A stretch of 64,000 nt of DNA from Terrisporobacter sp. Its GTDB lineage: Bacteria; Bacillota; Clostridia; Peptostreptococcales; Peptostreptococcaceae. This document shows positions 39,621 through 50,400 of the stretch, piece by piece. How positions within the stretch are numbered: the first letter of the stretch is position 1; each line of letters starts with the position of its first letter. A program made the translations under genes and the position numbers. The stretch spans positions 1 to 64,000 of the forward strand of contig JAVXJA010000005.1 of assembly GCA_036648085.1 (NCBI GenBank), read 5' to 3'. The notes beneath the pieces were generated by a model. That model was not told the DNA's origin. It made no database searches and saw only the letters and a program-made list of their open reading frames with translations.

Positions 39621-39698
39621 GTCGAAAATATAATTAGTTTTATAAAATATAATTCTAAATAAGGAGATTTTTATTTAATATAGAAGGGAAAAATAATT

Positions 39699-39971
39699 AT
39701 GGATGAATTAAAAAAATGTAGAAATGAAATAGATGAAATAGATAAAAAAATAACGGAATTATTTGAAAGACGCATGGATTTATCAAGAAAAGTTGCTCAA
39801 GTAAAACAAGAAAATGAAATAGGTATTTTAAATGCAAAGAGAGAAGAAGAAGTTATACAAAAAAACTTATCTTATTTAAAAAATAAAGAATATAGATTTG
39901 TATTGGAAGGATTTTTTAGGAACTTAATGAATTTAAGTAAATTAATTCAGGATGACCATAATCACCGTTAA
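39699..39971 (+). CDS. chorismate mutase (AroQ class)
   Basis: 90 aa. LxxxRxxIDxIDxxIxxLxxxRM N-terminal helix typical of AroQ. Confidence 0.8.
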   Translation: MDELKKCRNEIDEIDKKITELFERRMDLSRKVAQVKQENEIGILNAKREEEVIQKNLSYLKNKEYRFVLEGFFRNLMNLSKLIQDDHNHR

Positions 39972-39988
39972 GTTAAGGGAGGAAGACT

Positions 39989-41002
<1,014 letters not shown>

Positions 41003-41005
41003 AAA

Positions 41006-41032
41006 AAGGAGCCTAGGCTCTTTTTTTTATGT
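41006..41032. terminator. bidirectional Rho-independent terminator
   Basis: ggagcc-ta-ggctc hairpin flanked by A-run and T-run. Confidence 0.6.
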
Positions 41033-41058
41033 ATAAAAATAACAAGTGATATTAGTTT

Positions 41059-41703
41059 TTATATTATTGATAAAAGATCTTCTGGTGTATCAATAATATA
41101 ATCTGCACCTAAATTTTTTAATGACTCCTTATCTCTAAAACCCCATGTAACACCAACAGATTTCAGATTTGTATTTTTAGCAGTTTGTATATCAACTTCA
41201 CTATCTCCAATATATAAGCAATTCTCTATAGATACTCCCAATTCATCTATAGCAGTAAAGACTGCATCTGGATATGGTTTTTTTCTCCTATCTGGAGATT
41301 TCCCTATGGCTACTTGAATATACTCTGAAAAATAATGATTATTTAAATCAGTAACTCCTTCTTGAAACTTGTTTGATACTATTGCTATTTTATAATTTTT
41401 TTCTTTTAAATATTTTAATAAATCTATTATCCCATCATAAGGTTTAGTTAATACCATCATATTTTTAGAATAATTATTTTTAAAAAGAAATAAACATTTA
41501 GCAAATTTGTCGTAAGATGTTTTCTCTGGAATGGAAAGTTCAATTAACTTTTCTATACCATTTCCAACAAAAGACTGAATATCTTCATTACTCCTAGTTG
41601 GCAGGTTTAATTTTTCTAAAGCATAATTTACACTATTAGCTAAATCATCCAAAGAATTTAAAAGAGTACCGTCTAAATCAAATATCAAAGTGTTGTAATT
41701 CAT
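41059..41703 (-). CDS. HAD-superfamily hydrolase (phosphoglycolate phosphatase-like)
   Basis: Motif I FDLDGTL. Later motifs VSNK and GDSEVD. Confidence 0.8.
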   Translation of the reverse strand: MNYNTLIFDLDGTLLNSLDDLANSVNYALEKLNLPTRSNEDIQSFVGNGIEKLIELSIPEKTSYDKFAKCLFLFKNNYSKNMMVLTKPYDGIIDLLKYLKEKNYKIAIVSNKFQEGVTDLNNHYFSEYIQVAIGKSPDRRKKPYPDAVFTAIDELGVSIENCLYIGDSEVDIQTAKNTNLKSVGVTWGFRDKESLKNLGADYIIDTPEDLLSII

Positions 41704-41878
41704 AATAAGTCCCCTTATCTATATTAAGTTATTTTATAAGAAATCCAAAAAATTTATTGGATTAATAGAAATTACTAAAAAATTTTTCTATATTAACAAA
41801 ATTAATGTTCCATTAAGATAAATAATTTTTCCACAGACTAAAATAATATAGATATAAATATTATTTTAGGAGAAAAAA

Positions 41879-43231
41879 ATGAAAAATATAAGAAAAATCG
41901 TTAGTATTTTATTATCTATTATTATTATAATGTTTTTTCCCAAATTGTCCATTTGCCAAGACAATAAAAAAAATTTTCATATTGATAAAAACAGTGAATC
42001 TGGCTCTGCATGGAATGAATATTGGAAAGAAAATAGAGAGTTTCCAACACAAATATGTATAACACCAGGTAATAATGAAACTGTATTAAATTTTTCTTGG
42101 TATAGCAAGGATAAAGAGGCATCAAGTAAGTTGAAAATTTATGAAGACAATAAAATAAGTAAATTAATTCAAGTGAGTAGTATTAATTTAGGTAATGGGT
42201 TTATCTCTAATAAAGCTGAAATAGAAAATCTTAAAGCTAATAAAAAATATTATTATAGTTACACGATAAATGGAAAGTGGACGGAAAAGATTTTATTAGA
42301 AAGAAAAGATTCTGATAAATTTTCATTTATATTTATGGGGGATCCACAAATAGGTTCATCTTATAAAAGTAAAAACTTATCTTCACATGAAGAAGGAATA
42401 AAAATAGATGCTTATAATTGGAATAAAGCTATAGAAAAAGCCTTAGATAAAGTGGATAAATGTAGTTTTATTATTTGTGGTGGAGATGAAACAAATACAA
42501 AAAATGATTATAGTAATAAGAATAAGGAAGAGATAAGTAAAATGGAGTATTGTGGCTTTTTATGTCCTGATTATTTAAGATTTACACCTATAGCTAATGC
42601 TATTGGAAATCATGATAAAGATAACATAGATTTTTATTATCATTTTAATGTACCAAATTCAAGCAAATTAGGAAGTACTAAAGCTGGCAGTGATTATTAC
42701 TTTACATATAAAAATGCAATATTTTTAGTGTTGAATACTAATAATTTAAATATTGAAGAACATAAAAAATTCATAGAGGAAACAATTAATAAAAATAGCA
42801 GTATGCAATGGAAAATAGCTGTTTTTCATCATGATATATATGGATGTGGTATTCATAGTGATGATATAGAGGTGAAATTGTTAAGAGAAAAATTACCACA
42901 AGTATTAGAGGAGAATAATATAAGTTTAGTTTTTAATGGTCATGATCATATTTACTCAAGGTCTTATAAATTGTATCAAGAAAAGATAGTAGAAGATATG
43001 ACAAACAATTCTAAAGGAACAATTTATATAACAGGAGGATCTTCTACAGGAAGTAAATTTTATAAAAGCAGTAAAGATAATAAAGAATATATAGGGGAGA
43101 ATTTTGAAAAAGAAGTGCCTACATATACTACAGTAGATATTACAAAAGATATGGTGAGTATAAATACATATAGAATAGACACTAATGGGCCAATAGATGA
43201 TATTATCACAATAAAAAATAAAAATAATTAA
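41879..43231 (+). CDS. secreted calcineurin-like metallophosphoesterase (purple acid phosphatase-like)
   Basis: N-terminal signal peptide. Metallophosphoesterase motifs GDPQ, GGDE, GNHD, GHDH. Confidence 0.75.
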   Translation: MKNIRKIVSILLSIIIIMFFPKLSICQDNKKNFHIDKNSESGSAWNEYWKENREFPTQICITPGNNETVLNFSWYSKDKEASSKLKIYEDNKISKLIQVSSINLGNGFISNKAEIENLKANKKYYYSYTINGKWTEKILLERKDSDKFSFIFMGDPQIGSSYKSKNLSSHEEGIKIDAYNWNKAIEKALDKVDKCSFIICGGDETNTKNDYSNKNKEEISKMEYCGFLCPDYLRFTPIANAIGNHDKDNIDFYYHFNVPNSSKLGSTKAGSDYYFTYKNAIFLVLNTNNLNIEEHKKFIEETINKNSSMQWKIAVFHHDIYGCGIHSDDIEVKLLREKLPQVLEENNISLVFNGHDHIYSRSYKLYQEKIVEDMTNNSKGTIYITGGSSTGSKFYKSSKDNKEYIGENFEKEVPTYTTVDITKDMVSINTYRIDTNGPIDDIITIKNKNN

Positions 43232-43324
43232 ATTCCATATTAAGGTAAATGATTTGTGGTTTCTACTTATAACATGTTGTATAATAATAAATACAAGGAA
43301 AAACAAAAAAGGGAGGTTTATGAA

Positions 43325-43546
43325 ATGAAAGAAAGAGTTCAAGAAGTATTAAACCAAGTTAGACCTGTGCTACAAAGAGACGGTGGGGACGTTGAATTAG
43401 TAGAAGTAAGTGAAGATGGAATTGTTTTAGTAAGATTAAAAGGAGCATGCGCTGGATGTCCAGGAGCTACTATGACTCTTAAAGCAGTTATAGAAAATTT
43501 ACTAGTTAAAGAAGTACCAGGAGTTAAAAAAGTAGTAGGAGTATAA
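43325..43546 (+). CDS. NifU-like Fe-S cluster scaffold domain protein (Nfu-type)
   Basis: ATG at 43325 is 8 nt after a GGGAGG ribosome-binding site. The ORF-track start at 43256 (GTG) is less likely. Motif [14 protein letters not shown]. Confidence 0.75.
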   Translation: MKERVQEVLNQVRPVLQRDGGDVELVEVSEDGIVLVRLKGACAGCPGATMTLKAVIENLLVKEVPGVKKVVGV

Positions 43547-43711
43547 ATTTAAATATTAACTATAAAGGGCACTCAAGGAGTGTCCTTATCTAATTGTAAG
43601 TATTTTATATAGAATATTTATATTTAGATATAGTATTATATTATTATAGCTATATAATAGAAATAAAGATGATGTAAGTATTAATTTTATAATAGGAAGA
43701 GGAAATAAATT

Positions 43712-44107
43712 ATGATAGAAGAATACTATAAACAAATTACTATAGAAGTAAAAACATATTATTTAGAGCAAATATTATATTTGAGGGTTGATTTGAATAT
43801 TAATGAAATAGAGATTTTCTATATAAATAATGAGAATACAAAACAAAGAGAATTATACTTCTTAGGAAATGATGATATTGAAAAATTAAAAAATATCATG
43901 GGTAAAGATGTTTTAGGAAGATTAAATAATCAAATATTTGAAAATGAATCTAGCAGTGAAGAGCCTAATAAATGGACGCTAAGTGGAAGTGATAATTTAA
44001 GTGCTGAGGGAAGCTATTTTTTACCTAGGGAGTTAAAAAAAGTACTAGAGTGTATAATTCGTATATTAGGTAAAAATAAATTTAATTCTCAAATTAATGT
44101 ATTATAG
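43712..44107 (+). CDS. hypothetical protein
   Basis: 131-aa ORF. No motif. Confidence 0.35.
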   Translation: MIEEYYKQITIEVKTYYLEQILYLRVDLNINEIEIFYINNENTKQRELYFLGNDDIEKLKNIMGKDVLGRLNNQIFENESSSEEPNKWTLSGSDNLSAEGSYFLPRELKKVLECIIRILGKNKFNSQINVL

Positions 44108-44325
44108 TATTTAATAATTAGGATTTTGGAATAAAAAAATCATCTATACAAATTATTAACTATACATAAAAATAATATTTTATGTATAGTTGAGTAGAAG
44201 GTTATTAGTTCATTTGATATAATAAAAAAGTATGACATAAAATCATAGAAGTATGAATATATATTTACAAAGAAAATAAATATAAGAACTTGAGGTTAAT
44301 TGCAATTGATTTCAAATCAAGGGAA

Positions 44326-44357
44326 AAGAAGGTTTTGGCGAGCCTTCTTTTTTTGTA
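44326..44357 (+). terminator. Rho-independent terminator
   Basis: gaagg...ccttc hairpin followed by TTTTTTT. Confidence 0.45.
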
Positions 44358-44466
44358 TAAAAAAGTATATATAAAGTATTTTTGTATAATTATTTAATTT
44401 ACACAAAAAATATAAAAGCATGAAAACTATCATATTTTTTCAGAACAACTAAGTGGAGGAATACAT

Positions 44467-46614
44467 ATGAAAAACATAATAAAAATATTTAGAGATGATA
44501 TAAAAGATATATTTTCAAATGTGTCAGTAATAATTGTGATAATAGCTTTAGCTATTTTACCATCTTTATATGCTTGGTTTAATATTAAAGCTTCCTGGGA
44601 TCCATATGGTAATACATCTAATATATTTGTTGCTGTTGTAAATAATGACAAAGGTGCTACGTTGTTACAAAAGAAATTAAATATGGGAGATAGATTAATT
44701 GAACAGTTAAAGGATAATAAATCTTTAGGATGGAAATTTGTTGATACAAAAGAAGCAGAAAAAGGTGTGGAAACAGGTAAATATTATGCTTCAATAGAAA
44801 TACCAAAGGAATTTTCAAATGATATTATATCTGTGTTAGGTGAAAATATAGCAAAAGCAAAAATTAATTACACTGTAAATGAAAAAATAAATGCAATAGC
44901 ACCAAAAATAACAGATAAAGGTGCATCAACAATACAATTACAAGTGAATAAAACTGTGGTTAAAACTGCTAGTGAAGCAGTTTTTCAAACATTAAATGAA
45001 CTAGGAATATCATTGGAAGAAAATTTACCAATGTTGAGTAAGATAGAGAATTCATTAGTAGAGGTACAAAGTAAATTTGACAAAATTGATGAAATACTAA
45101 ATACAGCAACTGATGCATCTGCTCAAATAAGTGATATAGTTAAACTTCTTCAAGATGATATGCCTTTAATAGAATCAACTTTAAATAATTCAATTGGTTT
45201 ATCTGGAGATGTTGAAAACTTTTTAAGCGATACTAAGTCTAGTATGAATGATATAGCACCAACTATAAAAAATGACCTACAAATTATAAATACTGTATCA
45301 GCTTCAGCAGTTAAGGGATTAGAGGATTTAATAAGAGCTATACAAAATGGATATGAAAATGCACCAGAATTAATAGATACTTTATATAATAAGATAAATA
45401 ATATATTTTCTATAGCCACTACATTAGAAAAGTTTCTAATAAAAATAGATAAAATAACACCGGGAACTTCTTTAGGAAGCACAATAGATTCAATAAAATC
45501 TATAAATAATAAATTAAATTCAGTAAGTGGCTTATTAACTACCATAAAAGAAGAAATAAACAATGGACAAACACCTTCAATGGATAAATTAAATGGTATT
45601 TTAACTGTACTTAATGATGTAAATAATATAACTAATAATATATTGAATAATTTTAATACTAAAATAACTGAACCACTTAATAATATATTTGATAGAGGTA
45701 TAACTGTATCTGGTGATGTAATTACTTTACTAGAAAAAGCAGAGGACAAATTACCCAAAGTAAATAATGTTTTAGATACAGCTCTTAATTTTTCGGGAAA
45801 TGCTGATGAGGCTATAGATTATATTAAGAAAAAAGTTCCAGAAGCTAAAATTGTATTAGATAAACTAGTAAATGCAATGTCAGTTGTGAATGATAGTGAA
45901 GAAATGGGTGATTTAGTCAAATTCTTAAAAAATAATATTGTTGAGCAAGCTAATTTTTTAGAAGAACCAGTAACTTTAGTAACTAAATCTTTATATCCCA
46001 TGAAAAACTATGGTGCAGCAATGACACCATTTTACACAGTATTAAGTCTTTGGGTTGGTGTAGTACTTTTAACATCATTATTATCAACGGAAGTACATGG
46101 TGATTATAAGTCTTATGAAGTTTACTTTGGAAGGGGATTAACATTCTTAGCAATAGCATTGTTACAAGGATTAATAGTAAGTGTAGGTGATATTTTAGTT
46201 CTAGGAGTTAGCATGACAAATTTTGTATTATTTGTAGGATTATCATTATTTATAAGTATGGTGTTTACATTTATCATTTACTCTCTAGTATCAGTATTTG
46301 GAAATATAGGTAAATCTCTAGCAGTGATATTACTAGTTATACAAGTTGCAGGATCTGGAGGAACATTTCCAATCCAAGTAACACCACCATTTTTCCAAAT
46401 GGTTAATCCATTTTTACCGTTTACTTATGGTATAGAAGCACTAAGGGAAGCTGTTGCAGGGATATACGAACCAAATTTAATTGGAGATATAATTATGCTT
46501 TCGGTATTCTTAGTACTATCTATTGTATTAAATGTAATGCTAAAAGGACCTATGAATAAAATACTATCTAATTTCACAAATAGATTTAATGAAAGTAGAA
46601 TTACAGAACATTAA
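44467..46614 (+). CDS. YhgE/Pip (phage infection protein) domain membrane protein
   Basis: N-terminal TM. About 450-aa extracytoplasmic coiled/helical region. C-terminal ABC-2-like multi-TM domain (VYFGRGLTFLAIALLQG...). Characteristic Pip/YhgE architecture. Confidence 0.8.
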   Translation: MKNIIKIFRDDIKDIFSNVSVIIVIIALAILPSLYAWFNIKASWDPYGNTSNIFVAVVNNDKGATLLQKKLNMGDRLIEQLKDNKSLGWKFVDTKEAEKGVETGKYYASIEIPKEFSNDIISVLGENIAKAKINYTVNEKINAIAPKITDKGASTIQLQVNKTVVKTASEAVFQTLNELGISLEENLPMLSKIENSLVEVQSKFDKIDEILNTATDASAQISDIVKLLQDDMPLIESTLNNSIGLSGDVENFLSDTKSSMNDIAPTIKNDLQIINTVSASAVKGLEDLIRAIQNGYENAPELIDTLYNKINNIFSIATTLEKFLIKIDKITPGTSLGSTIDSIKSINNKLNSVSGLLTTIKEEINNGQTPSMDKLNGILTVLNDVNNITNNILNNFNTKITEPLNNIFDRGITVSGDVITLLEKAEDKLPKVNNVLDTALNFSGNADEAIDYIKKKVPEAKIVLDKLVNAMSVVNDSEEMGDLVKFLKNNIVEQANFLEEPVTLVTKSLYPMKNYGAAMTPFYTVLSLWVGVVLLTSLLSTEVHGDYKSYEVYFGRGLTFLAIALLQGLIVSVGDILVLGVSMTNFVLFVGLSLFISMVFTFIIYSLVSVFGNIGKSLAVILLVIQVAGSGGTFPIQVTPPFFQMVNPFLPFTYGIEALREAVAGIYEPNLIGDIIMLSVFLVLSIVLNVMLKGPMNKILSNFTNRFNESRITEH

Positions 46615-46639
46615 AAATAAATATAATTTAGAATATAAA

Positions 46640-46690
46640 GGGGCTGTCGCATGAACAATTGTAAATTGTTCTATGACGGCTACTTTTTTA
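46640..46690 (+). terminator. terminator-like hairpin after pip; left copy of an inverted repeat
   Basis: gaacaatt-gtaa-aattgttc perfect hairpin inside gctgtcgc...gacggc, followed by TTTTTT. Confidence 0.5.
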
Positions 46691-47068
46691 ATTAAATTTA
46701 TGAAATAAAATTTTTATAGAATATCAAAATTTCTAAAGTATTAAATTACTACATAACAAATAGCGGTATCAAAAATACCGATTTTTTTATGTAAGACCAA
46801 TATCATTTTTGTATTTTCTTGTTTTTCTAGTTTAATAATTTGATGTTTTTATAATGGTATAGTTTTTTGTTTTAGCATACAATTATTATACAAAATCTCT
46901 AGGATATTTGGACTAGGGATTTATTTTTTTGCCTCAAAAAGGGCACCGCCCTAATCTTTTAGTGCGACAGTCCCTTTATTTATGGTACTAAAAGGACTAC
47001 TATTTTTAGTATAAATAGAAAAAGATGTAAATACTTCAAGTAGGAAATTAATATTCTATAAATAAGGA

Positions 47069-48601
47069 GTGATAAAATTGAGAATAGGAACATCTATGTC
47101 TACATATATGTTAGATGAAGCATGTGTTAATGAATATAAAATACCTTTAATAGTACTTATGGAAAATGCTGTACTATCTGCAACAAGACATATGGATTCA
47201 GAACTATATAATAGTTATGTTATTGTTAGTGGGACGGGTAATAATGGTGGAGATGGTCTTGGAATTGCAAGACAACTAGTATCAAAAGTAAAAAAAGTAA
47301 AAGTGTTTATAATAGGAAATATGGATAAAATCACATCATGTTCAAAAATAAATTATGAAATTCTTAAATCTATGAATATACCAATAGAGATAATAGATAG
47401 TAAAAATCCAGATGAAATGAAGATAAATCTATTAAAAGAAGAAATTAAAAATAGTGATATAGTGATAGATGCTATATTTGGAACAGGTTTAGAGAGAGAG
47501 ATTAGATATATTTTTAAAGATATAATAAATATAATTAATATTTATAAAAAATTAACTTACTCCATAGATGTTCCATCAGGAATAAATTCAAGTAATGGAG
47601 AAATTTTAGGAACTTGTATTAAAGCAGATAAAACTATATGTTTTGAGTTTTACAAAAGAGGTTTTCTAAAATATGAGGTAAAAGAATATATAGGAGAAGT
47701 AATAGTAGAGCATTTAGGTATTCCAGAGTATATACTAGAAAAATATGATAATAAAGAATTTATAACATCCTTGGAATTAGTTAGAATGCATATAAAAGAA
47801 AAAAATAAGTATAGTTTCAAAAGTGATTTTGGAAAAGTTGCAGTATTTGCGGGTTCAAAAGGTTTTTCAGGAGCTGCGTTTATAGCTAGTGAAAGTGCAG
47901 TAAAAAGTGGAAGTGGATTAGTAACTTTAGTTAGTGATGAATATGTTCAAAATATAGCTAGCTGTAAATTAATTGAAGGCATGACTCTTAATTTTAATCA
48001 AAAGGAAAAGATAAATAGATTAATAAAAAGTTGCAATGCCATAGGGTTTGGATGTGGTATGGGAAATAATGATACAACTTTAGAATTATTAAGGAGCACA
48101 CTAGAAGGTAGTACATGTACCATAGTTATAGATGCAGATGGATTAAATGTACTTAACAATAATTGTGATATATTGAGTAGTCATAAAAATAGAATAGTTA
48201 TTACACCTCATTTAGGTGAAATGTCAAAACTTACAGAAAAATCTATAACATATATTAGAGATAACAAAATAGATGTAGCTAAGGAATTTGCAAAAGAGTA
48301 TGGAGTAATAGTTTTATTAAAGGGTTATGAAACAGTAATTACAGATGGAAATATGACATATATAAATCCTACAGGAAATAGTGCTATGGCCAATGGAGGA
48401 ATGGGTGATTGTTTATTGGGAATGATAACTTCTTTTATAGGCCAAGGAATGAATAATCTTTATGCAACAGTTTGTGCAGCTTATATACATGGGTATATAG
48501 GTGACCACTTAGCTAAAGAATTGTATACTATAAATGCAAGTGACGTTATAAAAAATATACCTTTAATAATGAAACAACTTAGTATTGAAATTAATTTGTA
48601 A
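47069..48601 (+). CDS. nnr: bifunctional NAD(P)H-hydrate repair enzyme Nnr (YjeF N-terminal epimerase + C-terminal ADP-dependent dehydratase)
   Basis: GTGNNGGDG epimerase motif. C-terminal carbohydrate-kinase-like domain (GKSFDFGKV-type region, GMGDCLLG). Exact start uncertain (GTG 47069, TTG 47078 or ATG 47095). Confidence 0.85.
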   Translation: MIKLRIGTSMSTYMLDEACVNEYKIPLIVLMENAVLSATRHMDSELYNSYVIVSGTGNNGGDGLGIARQLVSKVKKVKVFIIGNMDKITSCSKINYEILKSMNIPIEIIDSKNPDEMKINLLKEEIKNSDIVIDAIFGTGLEREIRYIFKDIINIINIYKKLTYSIDVPSGINSSNGEILGTCIKADKTICFEFYKRGFLKYEVKEYIGEVIVEHLGIPEYILEKYDNKEFITSLELVRMHIKEKNKYSFKSDFGKVAVFAGSKGFSGAAFIASESAVKSGSGLVTLVSDEYVQNIASCKLIEGMTLNFNQKEKINRLIKSCNAIGFGCGMGNNDTTLELLRSTLEGSTCTIVIDADGLNVLNNNCDILSSHKNRIVITPHLGEMSKLTEKSITYIRDNKIDVAKEFAKEYGVIVLLKGYETVITDGNMTYINPTGNSAMANGGMGDCLLGMITSFIGQGMNNLYATVCAAYIHGYIGDHLAKELYTINASDVIKNIPLIMKQLSIEINL

Positions 48602-48673
48602 CTATTACTATTACTTATATTGTTATACTAAATATAAGTAATAGTAAAATTTTGGCAAGAGAGAGGGATGTAA

Positions 48674-49114
48674 ATGAATACGGTGTGGTTAGTTGTTGCA
48701 GTAGCTTTTGGTATTGCAGAGTTAATGACAGCAAGTTTAACACTAGTATGGTTTAGTATAGGGGCATTAGTTTTAATGGGGTTAAGTACTTTTATTGAAA
48801 GTATTATAATTCAAATTGTACTATTTGCTACTATATCAATAACCTTATTAGTAGTATTTACAAAATATTTTGTTGATAAAGATAAAAGTTTTAAATATAA
48901 TACTAATTTACAGGGAATCACTCAAAAAAAAGGTATTGTAACACAGGAAATACCTCCTTATAGAACAGGAATTGTTAATTTAAGTGGTGAAGACTGGACT
49001 TCTATTTCTGCAGACAATGAAAAGATAGAAAAAGGTGTAGTAGTGTCAGTAGTTAGAATTGAAGGTGTAAAATTAGTAGTAAGACCCTTAAATGATAAAA
49101 CTGAAGAAAATTAA
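48674..49114 (+). CDS. NfeD family membrane protein (SPFH-partner)
   Basis: Two N-terminal TM helices plus C-terminal OB-fold-like soluble domain. Precedes an SPFH gene. Confidence 0.7.
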   Translation: MNTVWLVVAVAFGIAELMTASLTLVWFSIGALVLMGLSTFIESIIIQIVLFATISITLLVVFTKYFVDKDKSFKYNTNLQGITQKKGIVTQEIPPYRTGIVNLSGEDWTSISADNEKIEKGVVVSVVRIEGVKLVVRPLNDKTEEN

Positions 49115-49143
49115 ATATTTTATTATAAAAAGGAGAAAAGAGT

Positions 49144-50091
49144 ATGATAAAACTAATAGTAATAATACTTATAGTGGTAGTGTTAAGTTTAATTTGTGTT
49201 AAAGTTATCAAACAATCTAGAGTTGGAATAATAATTAGACTAGGAAAATTTCATAAGAAAGCTGATACAGGGGTACATTTTATTATTCCATTTTTAGATC
49301 AAATGGCTTATGTTATTGACTTAAGAGAAAATGTAGTTGATTTTCCACCACAACCAGTTATAACTAAGGATAATGTAACTATGCAAATAGATACAGTTGT
49401 TTATTTTCAAGTAACAGATCCAGTTAGATATATATTTGAAATAACAAATCCTATATCTGCAATAGAAAACTTAACTGCAACTACTCTTAGAAATATTATA
49501 GGTGAATTGGATTTAGATGAAACTTTAACTTCTAGGGATTTAATAAATACAAAAATGAGATCTATACTAGATGAAGCAACTGATAAATGGGGTATAAAAG
49601 TGAACAGAGTAGAGCTTAAAAATATTATGCCACCTCATGATATTCAAATTGCAATGGAAAAGCAAATGAGAGCAGAAAGAGAAAGAAGAGAATCAATACT
49701 TCAAGCAGAAGGTAATAAAGCGGCTGCTATACTCTCAGCAGAAGGTGAAAAACAATCAGCAATACTTAGAGCAGAAGCTAAAAAAGAAGCTATGGTAAGA
49801 GAAGCAGAAGGTGAAAAGCAATCTCGTATACTTAGAGCTCAAGGTGAAGCTGAGTCAATAAGACAAATTGCAATGGCAAAAGCAGAAGGTGAAGCTGTTA
49901 TAATTAAAAATGTATTTAAAGCTATGAAAGAATCAGATATAGATGATAATATGTTAGCTCTTAAATCTATGGAAGCTCTTGAAAAACTTGCAGATAGTGA
50001 TTCAACTAAGTTAGTTCTTCCATCAGAAACAGTAAACTTCTTAGGTTCATTTAAAGGAATTAAAGAAGTTTTAAGTAGTGACAGAAATTAA
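49144..50091 (+). CDS. SPFH/band-7 (stomatin-like) protein with C-terminal EGEKQS-type repeats
   Basis: N-terminal TM. Stomatin core (PPQPVITKDNVTMQIDTVVYFQVTDPVRY). Repeated AEGNKAA/AEGEKQS/AEGEKQS/AQGEAES heptads. Confidence 0.8.
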   Translation: MIKLIVIILIVVVLSLICVKVIKQSRVGIIIRLGKFHKKADTGVHFIIPFLDQMAYVIDLRENVVDFPPQPVITKDNVTMQIDTVVYFQVTDPVRYIFEITNPISAIENLTATTLRNIIGELDLDETLTSRDLINTKMRSILDEATDKWGIKVNRVELKNIMPPHDIQIAMEKQMRAERERRESILQAEGNKAAAILSAEGEKQSAILRAEAKKEAMVREAEGEKQSRILRAQGEAESIRQIAMAKAEGEAVIIKNVFKAMKESDIDDNMLALKSMEALEKLADSDSTKLVLPSETVNFLGSFKGIKEVLSSDRN

Positions 50092-50107
50092 AAGTAGAAT
50101 ATAATTT

Positions 50108-50150
50108 AAAATGCTTTAGAAAATGATTTTATTTTCTAAAGCATTTTCTT
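50108..50150 (+). terminator. Rho-independent terminator
   Basis: aaatgctttagaaaat...attttctaaagcattt perfect hairpin. Confidence 0.65.
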
Positions 50151-50400
50151 ATTTATGGAAATTTAAATTTATAGGAAAACGATTGGAGGGAGGATTAAAT
50201 TAGGAATTTTTTTTATTGCATCAATACAGTATACAATTTTTAAATTATGAATTAAAATAATAAGAAATAAATAATTCTAACTGTAAAATTACTAATAATA
50301 TGTAATTATACTTTATGTTTTAAAAATAAATAAAGGTAGTTATATATTTTAGTAGAAATATATAACATACTGATAATTTATAAAACTTGGGGGGATTAAA

